Source: the human T2T-CHM13v2.0 reference genome, Homo sapiens. From it: a stretch of DNA of 64,000 bases. Numbering within the stretch: position 1 is the first letter of the stretch; each line of letters starts with the position of its first letter. The DNA lies in assembly GCF_009914755.1 (NCBI RefSeq), contig NC_060943.1, one strand, 5' to 3'. Both the position numbers and the translations under genes were made by a program. The notes under the pieces were generated by a model. It saw nothing but the letters and a program-made list of their open reading frames with translations, was not told the DNA's origin and did no database searches. Positions 49,485-64,000 of this stretch are shown here, piece after piece.

Positions 49485-49883
49485 TGTCAGGCCTCTGAGC
49501 CCAAGCTAAGCCATCACATCCCCTGTGACCTGCACGTATACATCTAGATGGCCTGAAGTAACTGAAGAATCACAAAAGAAGTGAAAATGGCCTGTTCCTG
49601 CCTTAACTGATGACATTACCTTGTGAAATTCCTTCTCCTGGCTCATCCTGGCTCAAAAGCTCCCCGGCTGAACACCTTGTGACCCCCACCCCTGCCAGCC
49701 AGAGAACAACCCCCTTTGACTGTAATTTTCCACTACCTACCCAAATCCTATAAAACGGCCCCACCCCTATCTCCCTTCACTGACTCTTTTTGGACTCAGC
49801 CCGCCTGCACCCAGGTGAAATAAACAGCCTTGTTGCTCACACAAAGCCTGTTTGGTGGTCTCTTCACACGGACGCGAGTGAAA
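49485..49883 (+). mobile_element. HERV-H solo LTR (LTR7 family), 399 bp
   Basis: TGTCAGGCCTCTGAGCCCAAGCTAAGCC...GGTGGTCTCTTCACACGGACGCGAGTGAAA, with TATAAAA at 49749-49755, AATAAA at 49819-49824 and a 5-bp TSD GGGAT at 49480-49484 and 49884-49888. Confidence 0.93.
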
Positions 49884-50098
49884 GGGATCAGCATGAGACT
49901 ATAACTTCTTCTTCCACCCTCTGTCCCGTGACTTCACTCTGCACTCTTCAACCAATCAACGATCTCCACCCTTCAGCCCACTCCAAAACCCTTGAACACC
50001 CTAGCCCCAAACTCTTAGGGGAGATGGATGTGAGGTTTCCCCCCATCTCCTCATTCAGTGACCCTACAATTAAACCTGCTTCTCTGCTGCAAACCAGT

Positions 50099-50348
50099 TA
50101 TAACTGTAGTAGGCTCATTGCCCAGTGCACACAGCAAATCAACAGGAGACACTGGGTTGCAGGAGAGAAGAGGTTTCATCGTAGGGTCGCCAAAAGAGAT
50201 GAGGAGTTGAAGAATGTAGGGTGAAGTCACGGGACAGGGAGATGAAGAAGCCACATTCTCATGCTGATCCCATTCCCCAGTGGGTAGCCTTCACACTGGT
50301 TGCTGGAATTCAAGGTCTGAAAAGCATCTTTTTACATTTTTGTTTATG

Positions 50349-50392
<44 letters not shown>

Positions 50393-50920
50393 GAGATGGA
50401 GTCTCACTCTGTCTCCCAGGTTGGAGTATAGTGGTACAATCTCGGCTCACTGCAACCTCTGCCTCCTGGGTTCAAGCAATTCTCCTGTCTCAGCCTCCTG
50501 AGTAGCTGGGATTACAGGTGTGAACCACCTCCCCCCACCACCTCCACTCCGCTAATGTCCTTTGTATTTTTAGTAGAGATAGGGTTTCACCATGTTGACT
50601 GGGTTGATCTTGAAGTCCTGACCTCAAGTGACCTACCCACCTCAGCCTCCCAAAGTGTTGGGATTATGGGTGTGAGCCACCGTGCCTGGCCCTGAAAAGC
50701 ATCTTAAGTGATTCTTTCTTTAACAAAAGCCTTATGACTCTAATATCAGAGATTCTGTCTATAGGAACAATGGGGGTGCACATGGTCAGTATCTAGCTCT
50801 ACCTGAGTTTTAGCAACAAGGAAATGGACCAAAGTGCAGCCCGAATAACACTTAATTATAAGTATGTTTCTGTCCAGAACCCAGCATGCAATTCTTGTCA
50901 GCCCTGTGGGAATGGTTTCA
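50099..50920 (-). mobile_element. Second solo LTR of the same family as 48891-50978, inverted, with 4-bp TSD CAGT
   Basis: The reverse complement starts tgaaaccattcccacagggctgacaagaattgcatgc, compared with the host's tgaaactgtctgtccctacagggttgacaagaactgcaagc. CAGT lies at 50095-50098 and 50921-50924. It contains an Alu (50331-50691, TSD ctgaaaagcatctt). Confidence 0.8.
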
Positions 50921-51105
50921 CAGTGTCTCGATATACTGACTTGCTGTGTGCATTGGGCAACAAACCTATTACATTACACATGGATGTAACTGGAGGTCAT
51001 TACATTAATTGAAATAAGCCAGGCACAGAAAGATAAACAATGCATGTTCTTACTCCCAAGTGGAAGCTAAAAAAGTTGATCACATGGAGGTAGAGAATGG
51101 AATGA

Positions 51106-51529
<424 letters not shown>

Positions 51530-51737
51530 TAGTAGAGATGGGGTTTCACCGCGTTAGCCAGGATGGTCTTGATCTCCTGACCTCGTGATCTGCCCGTCTC
51601 GGCCTCCCAAAGTGCTGGGATTACAGGCGTGAGCCACCACGCCCGGCAAGAACTTTTAAGTTTTCTTATCTATAGGATGTTGCAATCATCATCTTTAAAC
51701 ATTAGACATGGAATCTTTATAATAATCTTGCCATATA

Positions 51738-51782
<45 letters not shown>

Positions 51783-52899
51783 GACACTGAGTCTCACTTT
51801 ATCGCCCAGGCTGGAGTACAGTGGCACAATCTTGGCTCACTACAACCTCCACCTCCTGGGTTCAAGTGATTCTCCTGCCTCAGCCACCCCAGTGGCTGGG
51901 GACTACAGGCGTGCACCACCACATCCAGTTAATTTTTTTTTTTTTTTTGAGACGGAGTCTCGTTCTGTCGCCCAGGCTAGAGTTCAGTGGGGAGATCTCA
52001 GCTCACTGAAACCTCCGCCTTGTGGGTTCAAGCAAGCAATTCTCTGCCACAGCCTCCCGACTAGCTGGGATTAGAAGTGCCCACCACCACGTCTGGCTAA
52101 TTTTTGTATTTTTAGTAGAGACGGGGTTTCATCATCTTGGCCAGACTGGTCTTGAACTCCTGACCCCGTGATCCACCCACCTCGGTCTCCCAAAGTACTG
52201 GGATTACAGGCGTGAGCCACTGCGCCTGGCCGGTTAATTTTTATATTTTCAGTAGAGACAGGATTTCACCACGCTGGCTAGGCTGGTCTCAAACTCCTGA
52301 CCTCAGGTGATCCACCCGCCTTGGCCACTGTGCCTGGTCAACAGTCTTTCTATTTTTATTCTAGGCTGGAGACCTTTGTCTCAAAAACAAAACGAGAATG
52401 CTCCCTGGAGTCTGTACTGATCCCTCTTCCCTCCCACCGTAGATTAGTTTTCTCCTTGCATTTAAAAAGACCTTTCTGGCTGGCATCCAGTGAATGAATT
52501 GTGGAGGAGGGGGAGAAGGAGAGAGGAAGCAGGTAGCTCAGTGGGGAAGCTACTGCAAAATCCTGGCAAGCAATGACAGTACCTTGAATCAGGGCTGGTG
52601 TCAGTTGGATCAGGGTGGTAGGGAAAGGAGGAAATGGATAAATTTGGAATGTATTTGGAGGTAGAGCCAGCAGGATTTGCTGACAAACTGGGTTTAAAGT
52701 CAAAGAGAGAAATCAAGGTTAAACCTGACAAATAAAAACAGATGTGGTCTCAGGCGAGTAGAGACATTATGCAGAAAGACTATTGCATCAGGGGGAAAGA
52801 TGGCTGTAAAAACAATGAACAAGACCAGAATCTGATAACCCAGAAGGATGTGTTGTCTAATGAAACTAATTTTTTCCCCTCCTCCTATTTTTTTTTTGA

Positions 52900-53208
<309 letters not shown>

Positions 53209-53815
53209 TGAAAAGATGGTGATACCTTTTACAGAGGTAAGGAAGGAGGTGAGAGAAAGTATTCCCAGATGGGGTGGGAAGCTGGTACAGCCCACTTTGC
53301 AGGAGGTGGGGGAATCGGGAATTCTTTTATATCCATGAAGTTTGAGATGTCTGTTAGCTCTCCCAGGGGTAGAACAGAGGGAGCAGATAGGCTCAAGGTT
53401 GGATTTGGAACGTCCTAGAAACCTTCCAGAACAAGGCAAAGGAGGAACTGAGAACTGGCATTTACTTCATAGCAAGAGCGTATGAGCCTCCCCACCCCTC
53501 CTCCTTTGGCTTCAGGGCACCCCTGGAATGTTAGAGGCTAGAATCAATGCTAAAGAAGACCACAGTCAAGGATTCCCCAGACTCCAGGGAGCACTCTGGC
53601 TATGCTCTTGAGAGAAAGGGCTCTGGACTAGAATACAAATTGCAAGATTGCAGGCCGGGGGCAGTGGCTCATGCCTGTAATCCCAGCACTGTGGGAGGCC
53701 GAGGTGGGTAAATTGCCTGAGGTCAGGAGGTCGAGACCAGCCTGGCCAACATGGTGAAACCCCAACTCTACTAAAAATACAAAAGTTAGCTGGGAGTGGT
53801 GGTGGGCGCTTGTAA

Positions 53816-54236
<421 letters not shown>

Positions 54237-55744
54237 AATCTAATATTTTAAAACTCCAGCATATGCAACTCAAAGCTCATCTAATTATACACTTAAGAGT
54301 TATGTATTTCATTGTATATAAGATACCTTGAGGAACAAAAAGTATCTGTAAACAAATACTGAGCTCTAGCTACTGATATGCATGCTGATGTATTTGGGAG
54401 TGAAGTGTACTGGTATCTGCAACTGACTTTGAAATGCTTAAAAAAAAATCAATGGATAGGCAAAATGAACAGATATGTAATGAAAAAAGGGCCAGGCACA
54501 GTGGCTCATGCCTGTAATCCCAGCACTTTGGGAGGCTGAGGTGAGAAGATCACCTGAGGTCAGGAGTTTGAGACCAGCCTGGTCAACATGGCAAAAACCC
54601 CGTCTCTACTAAAAATACAAAAAATAGCCAGGCATGGTGGTGCACGCCTGTAATCGCAGCTACTTGAGAGGCTGAAGCAGGAGAATTGCTTGAACCCGGG
54701 AGGCAGAGGTTGCAATGAGCCAAGACTGTATGCTATTGCACTCCACTCTGGGCAACAGAGTGAGACTCTATCTCAAACAAAAAAAGAATAGATAGGTAAC
54801 AAAGAAAGGATAATAAAATGGTGGAATCTGATGGGTATACAGGTGTTCACTGTATGTTTGAAATTTTAATATTTTTATAATAAAATACGAAATCAAAATG
54901 CAAAGCAAACAAAGTAACTGCCCTGCTGAAAACCCCTCCAGACAGCTTCCGTTTGCAATAGAAATAAAATGCAGTCTTTTCCAAGACCTTGCAAGATGGC
55001 CCCTGCAGACTTCATGAATCTTATCTCCTACATTCAATCTTTGAAAATATAACAAATATTTATTGAGTGCCTACTGTGTGTCAGGCACTGCACTATATGT
55101 TGGGGATACAGCAGTGAACCAAACCTACAATAATTCATGCACAAATGGTTCTAACATTCTTCCTTCTCAAGAAGCCCATTCCCCTGGCAGGCCTTCTCAC
55201 TTCCTGAAATTGTTTTCATCTCATCTTCATCTGCATGTGGATATGAGCTCAGGAAGGCCAGAGCCCTTCTCTCCATCGCTCATAGCTGCACCCTCGGGTC
55301 TAGAACAAGGTCTTGTTTATAGTAAGACCTCAATAACAGTTAGTTGCAGAAATATTAGCTAACATCTATTTAGTGCTTGTTACATGTGCACCTGCGTCTG
55401 CTTTAAATGGTGTGCACAGATGTACTATTTAATCCTGAAAACTAGCCCCATTTTACAAGGCTAACAGAGGCACAGAGGAATTAGGCTGTGAATTCAAGCA
55501 GTCTGGCTTCAGCCATCACGGTCCTAACCGCTCTGCAAACTGCCTCTAAACGAATGAATGAATGACTCAATCATTCTAACTGGCCCAAGTCAAAATATTA
55601 ACTCTGCCACTCAGCCAAGTTGACCTGGGGCCAACCGATTTATCTCCCTGGACTTCAGATTGTTTATCCTTAAAGGTCAAGTCCTTCCTCTCAGTTCGTG
55701 AAGATGTAAGATGCTGGAGAAAATTGACTCAAAGACACCCCATA

Positions 55745-55753
55745 CACGCACGC
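55745..55753 (-). promoter_or_regulatory. Two overlapping AhR/ARNT xenobiotic response element (XRE) cores, GCGTG
   Basis: CACGCACGC lies about 425 bp upstream of the ATG. CYP2S1 is an established AhR-inducible gene. Confidence 0.6.
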
Positions 55754-55779
55754 ACACAGGAACCCACATCCGAACAATG

Positions 55780-56350
55780 AGCGAGGTAGGAGCTGGGGAG
55801 AGTGGCGCGGGGTCACCGCCAGATGCGGGGTGTGGCAACCTCCAGGCGGCCAAAGTCTCTGACTTCCAGGTTCTTCTGTTTGCTTACTCCCTATCCGGGG
55901 GCCCAAGGCGCTGTCTCCGCCGCCCAAGCCCCGCGTAAACCTGGGTGACCTCGGAGACATCCGTTGGAGCATGAGTTCCCGACATCAGGCGGCGGCGGTG
56001 GTCCGGGAGAAACCCGGCGGCGGGGAGATAAGCCTGCCCAGGAGGCAGGGGGCTGGGCTAGCTGCCCCGCCCCGCGCCTGACTTCGTTGGGGAGGGAGAC
56101 GCCCGGCTCCCGCCCCTAACTAGCCCAGCCGCGCGGAGCGCCTGGGAGAGGAGAAGGAGCCGACCTGCCGAGATGGAGGCGACCGGCACCTGGGCGCTGC
56201 TGCTGGCGCTGGCGCTGCTCCTGCTGCTGACGCTGGCGCTGTCCGGGACCAGGGCCCGAGGCCACCTGCCCCCCGGGCCCACGCCGCTACCACTGCTGGG
56301 AAACCTCCTGCAGCTACGGCCCGGGGCGCTGTATTCAGGGCTCATGCGGG
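55780..56350 (+). promoter_or_regulatory. CYP2S1: CYP2S1 CpG-island, TATA-less promoter with GC boxes
   Basis: High CpG density, GC boxes gccccgccccgc (56064-56075) and ctcccgcccc (56107-56116), and Kozak context gccgagATGG. Confidence 0.85.
56173..56349 (+). CDS. CYP2S1: Cytochrome P450 2S1, coding exon 1 (signal anchor and PPGP motif)
   Basis: MEATGTWALLLALALLLLLTLALSGTRARGHLPPGPTPLPLLGNLLQLRPGALYSGLMR, followed by GTAAGG. 177 nt, phase 0. Confidence 0.97.
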
Positions 56351-57451
56351 TAAGGGGCTCTGGGGACGTCCTGGCTAGGGGTGGGAGGATTCCTGGGAGA
56401 GAAACCCGAGTGCCAGGGTGAGGGGCTTTTCGGGTATCCTAGGGAGGAGGCAGGGGCAGGGGTCCCAAGGCAAAGGGGCTGCTGCTGTCCTGGGGTTGGG
56501 GGCAGGAGCAGGTTGTCCAGGGCTGAGAAGGGGAGAGGTGCCCGGGAGAGAGGATCGTGGGGTGGGGGACCAGGGCTAGGAGGGGCAGAGACCTCTGCCT
56601 ACAGAATCCTGGGAAGGTGATGGGCAGGGACCGAGGCTGAAAGAGACAGGAGTCCTCCAGCCGAGGAGAAGCTGATGCAGCTGGGCTTGTCCCAGAGGGA
56701 GAGGTAGCTGGAGCCATACAGGTGGGGCATGCTGAAGAGGGCACAAAGAAGAAAAGGGGGAGGCGTCCCTGCGGGGAGTTGGAGGCAGAGAAGAGGCTGG
56801 AGGGTTGCAGGCTCAGAGAGGGGGTCCCGCTGAAGGAATCTGCCAGCAGAGAATGCAGGATGGGAGGATGGGTGGAGCTCAGTTGGGAGTTCCTGGGACT
56901 GGGGAGGAAGGAGAGCAAGAAAGAAGGCAGAGGCAGCCCCAGCCTTAGGGGATAGCAGGTGGGAGTGGGCAGAGGCCTGAAGTTTCCCATTCAAAAGGAT
57001 TCTGGGTGACTTCAAGGACGTAGAAAAAAGGGTGGGGTCTTGGGGGAGAGATGGGGCGGATACTCAGCAGTGTCTGCTCCAGAATTTCAGGGTTTTGTGG
57101 TGACTGAAAGGGGTGGCTGGATATTTGGGGGGCAGGGAGGGCCCTAAGGAATTAAGGGAGACCCAAACTGCTTCTGGATTGCCCAGCGTCAGAGGTTAGG
57201 GTTCAGCAGGAAGCAAGGGAACGACAGGAAGTTGGGGGATGCCACTGAAGGATGTACTGGGGGAGGAGGCCCGGGAGCCTAGTGCAAAAAGAGAACTGAG
57301 CCTCAGCTATTTCTGCTGGGATGGGGGCAGGTTCCTGGTAGAGGGTGTAGAAGCTAGACCCGGTGGCTCCTCAAGTGACAGGGGCCATGATGGAGACACC
57401 TTGGATCGAAGAGGTCACAGCACCCTCCTCTTTCTTCCTCCCTACCCCCAG

Positions 57452-57617
57452 CTGAGTAAGAAGTACGGACCGGTGTTCACCATCTACCTGGGACCCTGGC
57501 GGCCTGTGGTGGTCCTGGTTGGGCAGGAGGCTGTGCGGGAGGCCCTGGGAGGTCAGGCTGAGGAGTTCAGCGGCCGGGGAACCGTAGCGATGCTGGAAGG
57601 GACTTTTGATGGCCATG
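57452..57617 (+). CDS. CYP2S1: CYP2S1 exon 2
   Basis: ccccAG|[55 protein letters not shown]|GTAAGT. 166 nt. Confidence 0.97.
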
Positions 57618-57710
57618 GTAAGTCAAGGGCTGCTAGGCCCTCCGCTCACAGCCTGCCACCACTTACTGGTGTGTGACCTTTGCACATGGCTTAGTCCCTC
57701 TGTTGCCTCA

Positions 57711-58103
<393 letters not shown>

Positions 58104-59913
58104 TCACTAATCACCAGGTTGTAGTATCAGTGATAACCATCAATGATCCAGGTAAAGCCCTGAGGGTTCAGAAAGATGCCGGAGCGCTTTCAAGGTGCTG
58201 GGGATTGGTGGGCAAGCCCTCGAATAATAGAAACAGTTCTCTGTATTACAACAGAAAGCAGGAGGCCCATGCTGGGTGCTGCCAGGAACTCAGTAGTAAC
58301 TAAGACAGCACCGGTGCTGCTTCCCCAGCGCACCTAGGCCAGTGGGGAAACAGACTCACCACACAGTCCCAGCCCAGAGTGGTCAGGGCCAAGATGGGGA
58401 AGCACGGGGAGAAAGGTCAGGGTGGGATGGGGAGGGGTCAGGGCAAGAGGGGTCAGGGCCAGGCTGAGGGAAGCCCTGGGACTGTAGGAATTTAGAGGAG
58501 GTACCTGACCCGGCATGTTTGGTGAGGGAGATTCAGGAAGTCTTCCTGGAAGAGAGGCTGTCGGAGCTGAGACTCATAAGATGAGTGGGGAGGGTGTTCC
58601 AGGCAGAAAGACCAGCACCTACAAAAGCATGACTTTGAGAGAAGCATTCATCCATTCAACTGATGAATTTTCAGACTGGGCACGCTGGCTCATGCCTGTA
58701 ATCCCAGCACTTTGGAAGGCTGAATGGGGAGGATGACTTGAGCCTAGGCATTTGTGACAAGCCTGGGCAACATGGTGAGACCCTGCCTCCACAAAACAAA
58801 CAAACAAACAAAAAATCATTATACCTGGTACCATGGGTACCAGGTACATAGAAATGACTCAGGCAGATATGGTGTCCTCTCCTACTGTGGGAGAGGCGGG
58901 CTTATACTGCAGTAAGACAATAGAGGGAGGGAATATAATCCTAAAATGAGAGGTACAGATTTGAGAGCAAACACAGGGCACAGGCATATGTACGAGGGTA
59001 AAGAGGGAATCAGGGAAGGCTTCTCAGAGAAGGTGACATTTAAGCCGGGACATGAAGGATGAACGAGTTAGTTCACCAAGGATGGGATGGAAAGGGGTGA
59101 GAGTGATGGAGGCAGAGGGAACTGCAGGATCATAGGCCTAGACAGGGGATCCTGACGCCCTTGAGGAAGTGAGAGAAGACCAGCGCAGTCGTAGTGGGTT
59201 AAGTAACAAAGCTGAGAAGCCAGGGAAATCCCTGGTCTTGCAGGGCCTGTGAGTCACGTCAGAGTGTTTGGGCTTTTGTTTTTCCTGGGAGCAGTCGATT
59301 TTAAGCAGGGAACAGCTGTATTCAGAGTTGGGAAGATCCTGTGGTTGCTGCCTGAAGGGGATGAAACTGGAGGCTAGGAGCCCAGGGTGATAGGGAGGAT
59401 CCAGGGTGATGGGGAGGCTGGGAGGTCCACGGTGATGGACCAGGGCTGGGGCCAGGGGATGGGGAGGAAGGAGTAATTGGGAGAGGCCTGGGGCTCTGGC
59501 CGAGGAATGGATGGTGGGCTGAAACAGGGAGAGGAGAGATGCTTAGGCCACTTTGGAACACAGTAGGGCAAGGACAGGAGACACCCAAGGGGAAGTGCCC
59601 AAGAGACCACGACAGGCTGGCATTGGACAGGGAAGGTCTGTCTGGAGCAGGTGTCTTGGATAAGGGAGGAAAATGGTGCAGTTCCATCCTCCTCCCTCTC
59701 TGTTCAACCTCTAAACTACATGGGGCACAGGACCCAGTGGGACTCCATAAATGATGGGATGGGTGGATGGAAGGAAGGAAGGAGGAAACAACTCTTCATT
59801 CATCCTGGTTATTTACAGAACAGGCCAGGTGCGGTGCTCACGCTTGCCATTCTAGCACTTTGGGAGGCTGAGGTGGGTGGATTACCTCAGGTCAGGAGTT
59901 CAAGACCAGCCTA

Positions 59914-60159
<246 letters not shown>

Positions 60160-60445
60160 TCAGGAGAATGTACTCCCTTACCCAAGGGCAAAGGATGGGA
60201 GAACCAGTTTGATTATGCATTTATTGAGCACCTACTGAGTCCTCATCCCTGGGCTAGGCTGGAATGGACTCAGATGGAGCCTGAAGAGTCCCCCTCAGGG
60301 AACCTCACTAGAAAGAAGGAGGAATCGGCCGGGCGCGGTGGCTCACGCCTGTAATCCCAACACTTTGGGAGGCTGAGGTGGGTGGATCACAAGGTCAGGA
60401 GATCGAGACCATCCTGGCTAACACAGTGAAACCCCATCTCTACTA

Positions 60446-60838
<393 letters not shown>

Positions 60839-61370
60839 TCAGCATGGCGGGGTCACCCCAGGGTCTCCAGCCGAGTGAAAGGGAAAACTCTCCTACTGTG
60901 GCTGGGGGTGGCCCCAACCCAGGTCCTGGAATGGGCAGGAGGGGAAGCCTTGAACTCTGGGGCTGGCCTGGGGGTTCTGTTCACTGCCACCTTCTGTCTC
61001 TGTCCCACTGTCTCTCCGAGGCTGTCATGACATCTCTCTGTGTGTCTCTGGTGCTATCATCCCATTCTTCCTGGGTCTCCATCTCTCTCTCTGTCTCTTT
61101 TCTTTCTCTCTCCTTTCCTCTATTTTTTGGGCCCTCAGTCTATCTCTGTTTCTGTCTCCCTGTCTGTGTGATGGTCACTCTGTTTCTTTCTCCCTGTCTG
61201 TTTCTCTGTCCCTATCTGTCTGTATCCTTCTTTGCCTGTTTAGCTCTCTCCCTGCGCTGTCCATCCATCTTTCCCTGCCTCCCTGTCTCTCTCTGGTTGG
61301 GTTCAGCCCCAACCTGCTCCCCTCTGCCTGGCTCCATCACAGCCTACCTCCCTGCCCCCATTCCCCCCAG

Positions 61371-61531
61371 GACGCCCATTCGATCCCTCCCTGCTGCTGG
61401 CCCAGGCCACCTCCAACGTAGTCTGCTCCCTCCTCTTTGGCCTCCGCTTCTCCTATGAGGATAAGGAGTTCCAGGCCGTGGTCCGGGCAGCTGGTGGTAC
61501 CCTGCTGGGAGTCAGCTCCCAGGGGGGTCAG
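61371..61531 (+). CDS. CYP2S1: CYP2S1 exon 4
   Basis: ccccAG|GRPFDPSLLLAQATSNVVCSLLFGLRFSYEDKEFQAVVRAAGGTLLGVSSQGGQ|GTGAGT. 161 nt. Confidence 0.97.
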
Positions 61532-61617
61532 GTGAGTGGGTGGGACCCCTCTCCAACTACCTTCCCTGAAGGTTCCTGCCAAGGTCCCATGAGAACTAGC
61601 TGCCCTTCTCCCCACAG

Positions 61618-61797
61618 ACCTACGAGATGTTCTCCTGGTTCCTGCGGCCCCTGCCAGGCCCCCACAAGCAGCTCCTCCACCACGTCAGCACCTTGGCTGC
61701 CTTCACAGTCCGGCAGGTGCAGCAGCACCAGGGGAACCTGGATGCTTCGGGCCCCGCACGTGACCTTGTCGATGCCTTCCTGCTGAAGATGGCACAG
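61618..61797 (+). CDS. CYP2S1: CYP2S1 exon 5 (the gene continues beyond the window)
   Basis: cacAG|TYEMFSWFLRPLPGPHKQLLHHVSTLAAFTVRQVQQHQGNLDASGPARDLVDAFLLKMAQ|GTGTGG. 180 nt. Exons 1-5 sum to 834 nt, or 278 in-frame codons. Confidence 0.97.
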
Positions 61798-62529
61798 GTG
61801 TGGGAAGGGTGCAGGGACCCCCTCTCTGAATGGGCGTGGTGACCTGGCAGGTCCCCAGCCAGGTGTCCCTGGGGACCTCAATTGGGTTCCTCTCTCTTTC
61901 TCTCTCTGCATGTCTCTGTGAGTATGAGTGTCTCTGTGCATGTGTGTGCATCCCTTCTCTGCACATCTGTCTGTCCCTTTCAGGGCGTTGCTCTCACTGC
62001 CTCTCCCGCCCCCGACCTGGGCATTTGTGCCGGGCTGTCTGTCTCTCCAGCATCTCTCCTCTTTCTCCCTCCCACCTCGGCCCTTGTGTTCAGGCCCCAT
62101 GCCCAGGGTCCTACACCAGCAATCCCCAGGATCACTTCATCCCATCCCCTGCAGCCTCCCCAGACTTTTATGTAAATTCACAATTTTATGTGAATTATGG
62201 TCATTTATTAGGAAGCCTTGCAATATCAAGTTATGTTAATAAAGTCCACTTTATTAATTATATAAGAACAATATTTCTTTTCCTTTTTTTTTTCTTTTCT
62301 TTTTAAAGAGACAGGATCTCTTTCTGTTGCCCAGGCTAGAGTACAGTTGCAAAATCATAGCTCACTGCAACCTTGAACTCCTGGGCTCAAGCAATCCTCC
62401 TGCCTCGGGCTCCTGAGTAGCTGGGACAACAGGTGTGCACCACCACACCTGGCTAAATTTTTTTTTTTTTTCTTTGTAGAGATAGACTCTCACTATGTTA
62501 CCCAGGCTGGTCTTGAATTCCTGGGCTCA

Positions 62530-62934
<405 letters not shown>

Positions 62935-63089
62935 CTAGAATTAAGGTGACTCCTAAGGAAATAAATAGTTTTTAACTGTACGAACTTTTGGAAGAATGGG
63001 GCCAATTCTTTAATTAAATGCAGCCTCCCTGTTTGTGGAGAAAGAAAAATTTTTCTTAACCCTATTGCCCCATTTCTTTTCTCTTTTAT

Positions 63090-63489
<400 letters not shown>

Positions 63490-63652
63490 TAGCCAGGCTG
63501 ATCTCAAACTCCTGGCCTCAAGTGATCCACCCGCCTCGGCCTCCCAAAGTGCTGGGACTACAGGCGTGAGCCACTGTGCCTGGCCAGGAAGTAGACTCTT
63601 GATATTAGTTCTCTCTGGTTGAAATGTTTTTAAAAATGAAAGAGAATGACTA

Positions 63653-64000
<348 letters not shown>

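Overview
This is primate, almost certainly human, genomic DNA from the end of the 19q13.2 CYP2 gene cluster. The window starts in an exon-7 remnant of a CYP2T-type pseudogene (CYP2T3P). It then crosses about 55 kb of extremely Alu-dense intergenic DNA (roughly 100 Alu copies or fragments by eye, plus L1, MIR, LTR and DNA-transposon relics). It ends inside CYP2S1, covering the CpG-island promoter and coding exons 1-5; exons 6-9 lie beyond the window. Landmarks in the intergenic stretch are a strong CTCF site (resembling the published A2 insulator), an RPL36 processed pseudogene with an open 98-aa frame, a (GGA)~44(GAA)18 tract, a 5'-truncated SVA inside an Alu, a nest of L1 > LTR > (Alu, HERV-H LTR7, inverted same-family LTR > Alu), and a young AluYa5-type insertion 1.9 kb upstream of CYP2S1. 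I see no new protein-coding system; nearly all long ORFs in the track are Alu, SVA or simple-repeat artefacts. The least obvious signals are locally templated patchwork rearrangements (next to the CYP2T remnant and at ~29.1-29.7 kb) and a stack of young retroelements upstream of CYP2S1 that could rewire its regulation. All repeat family calls come from memory of consensus sequences, not from a search.
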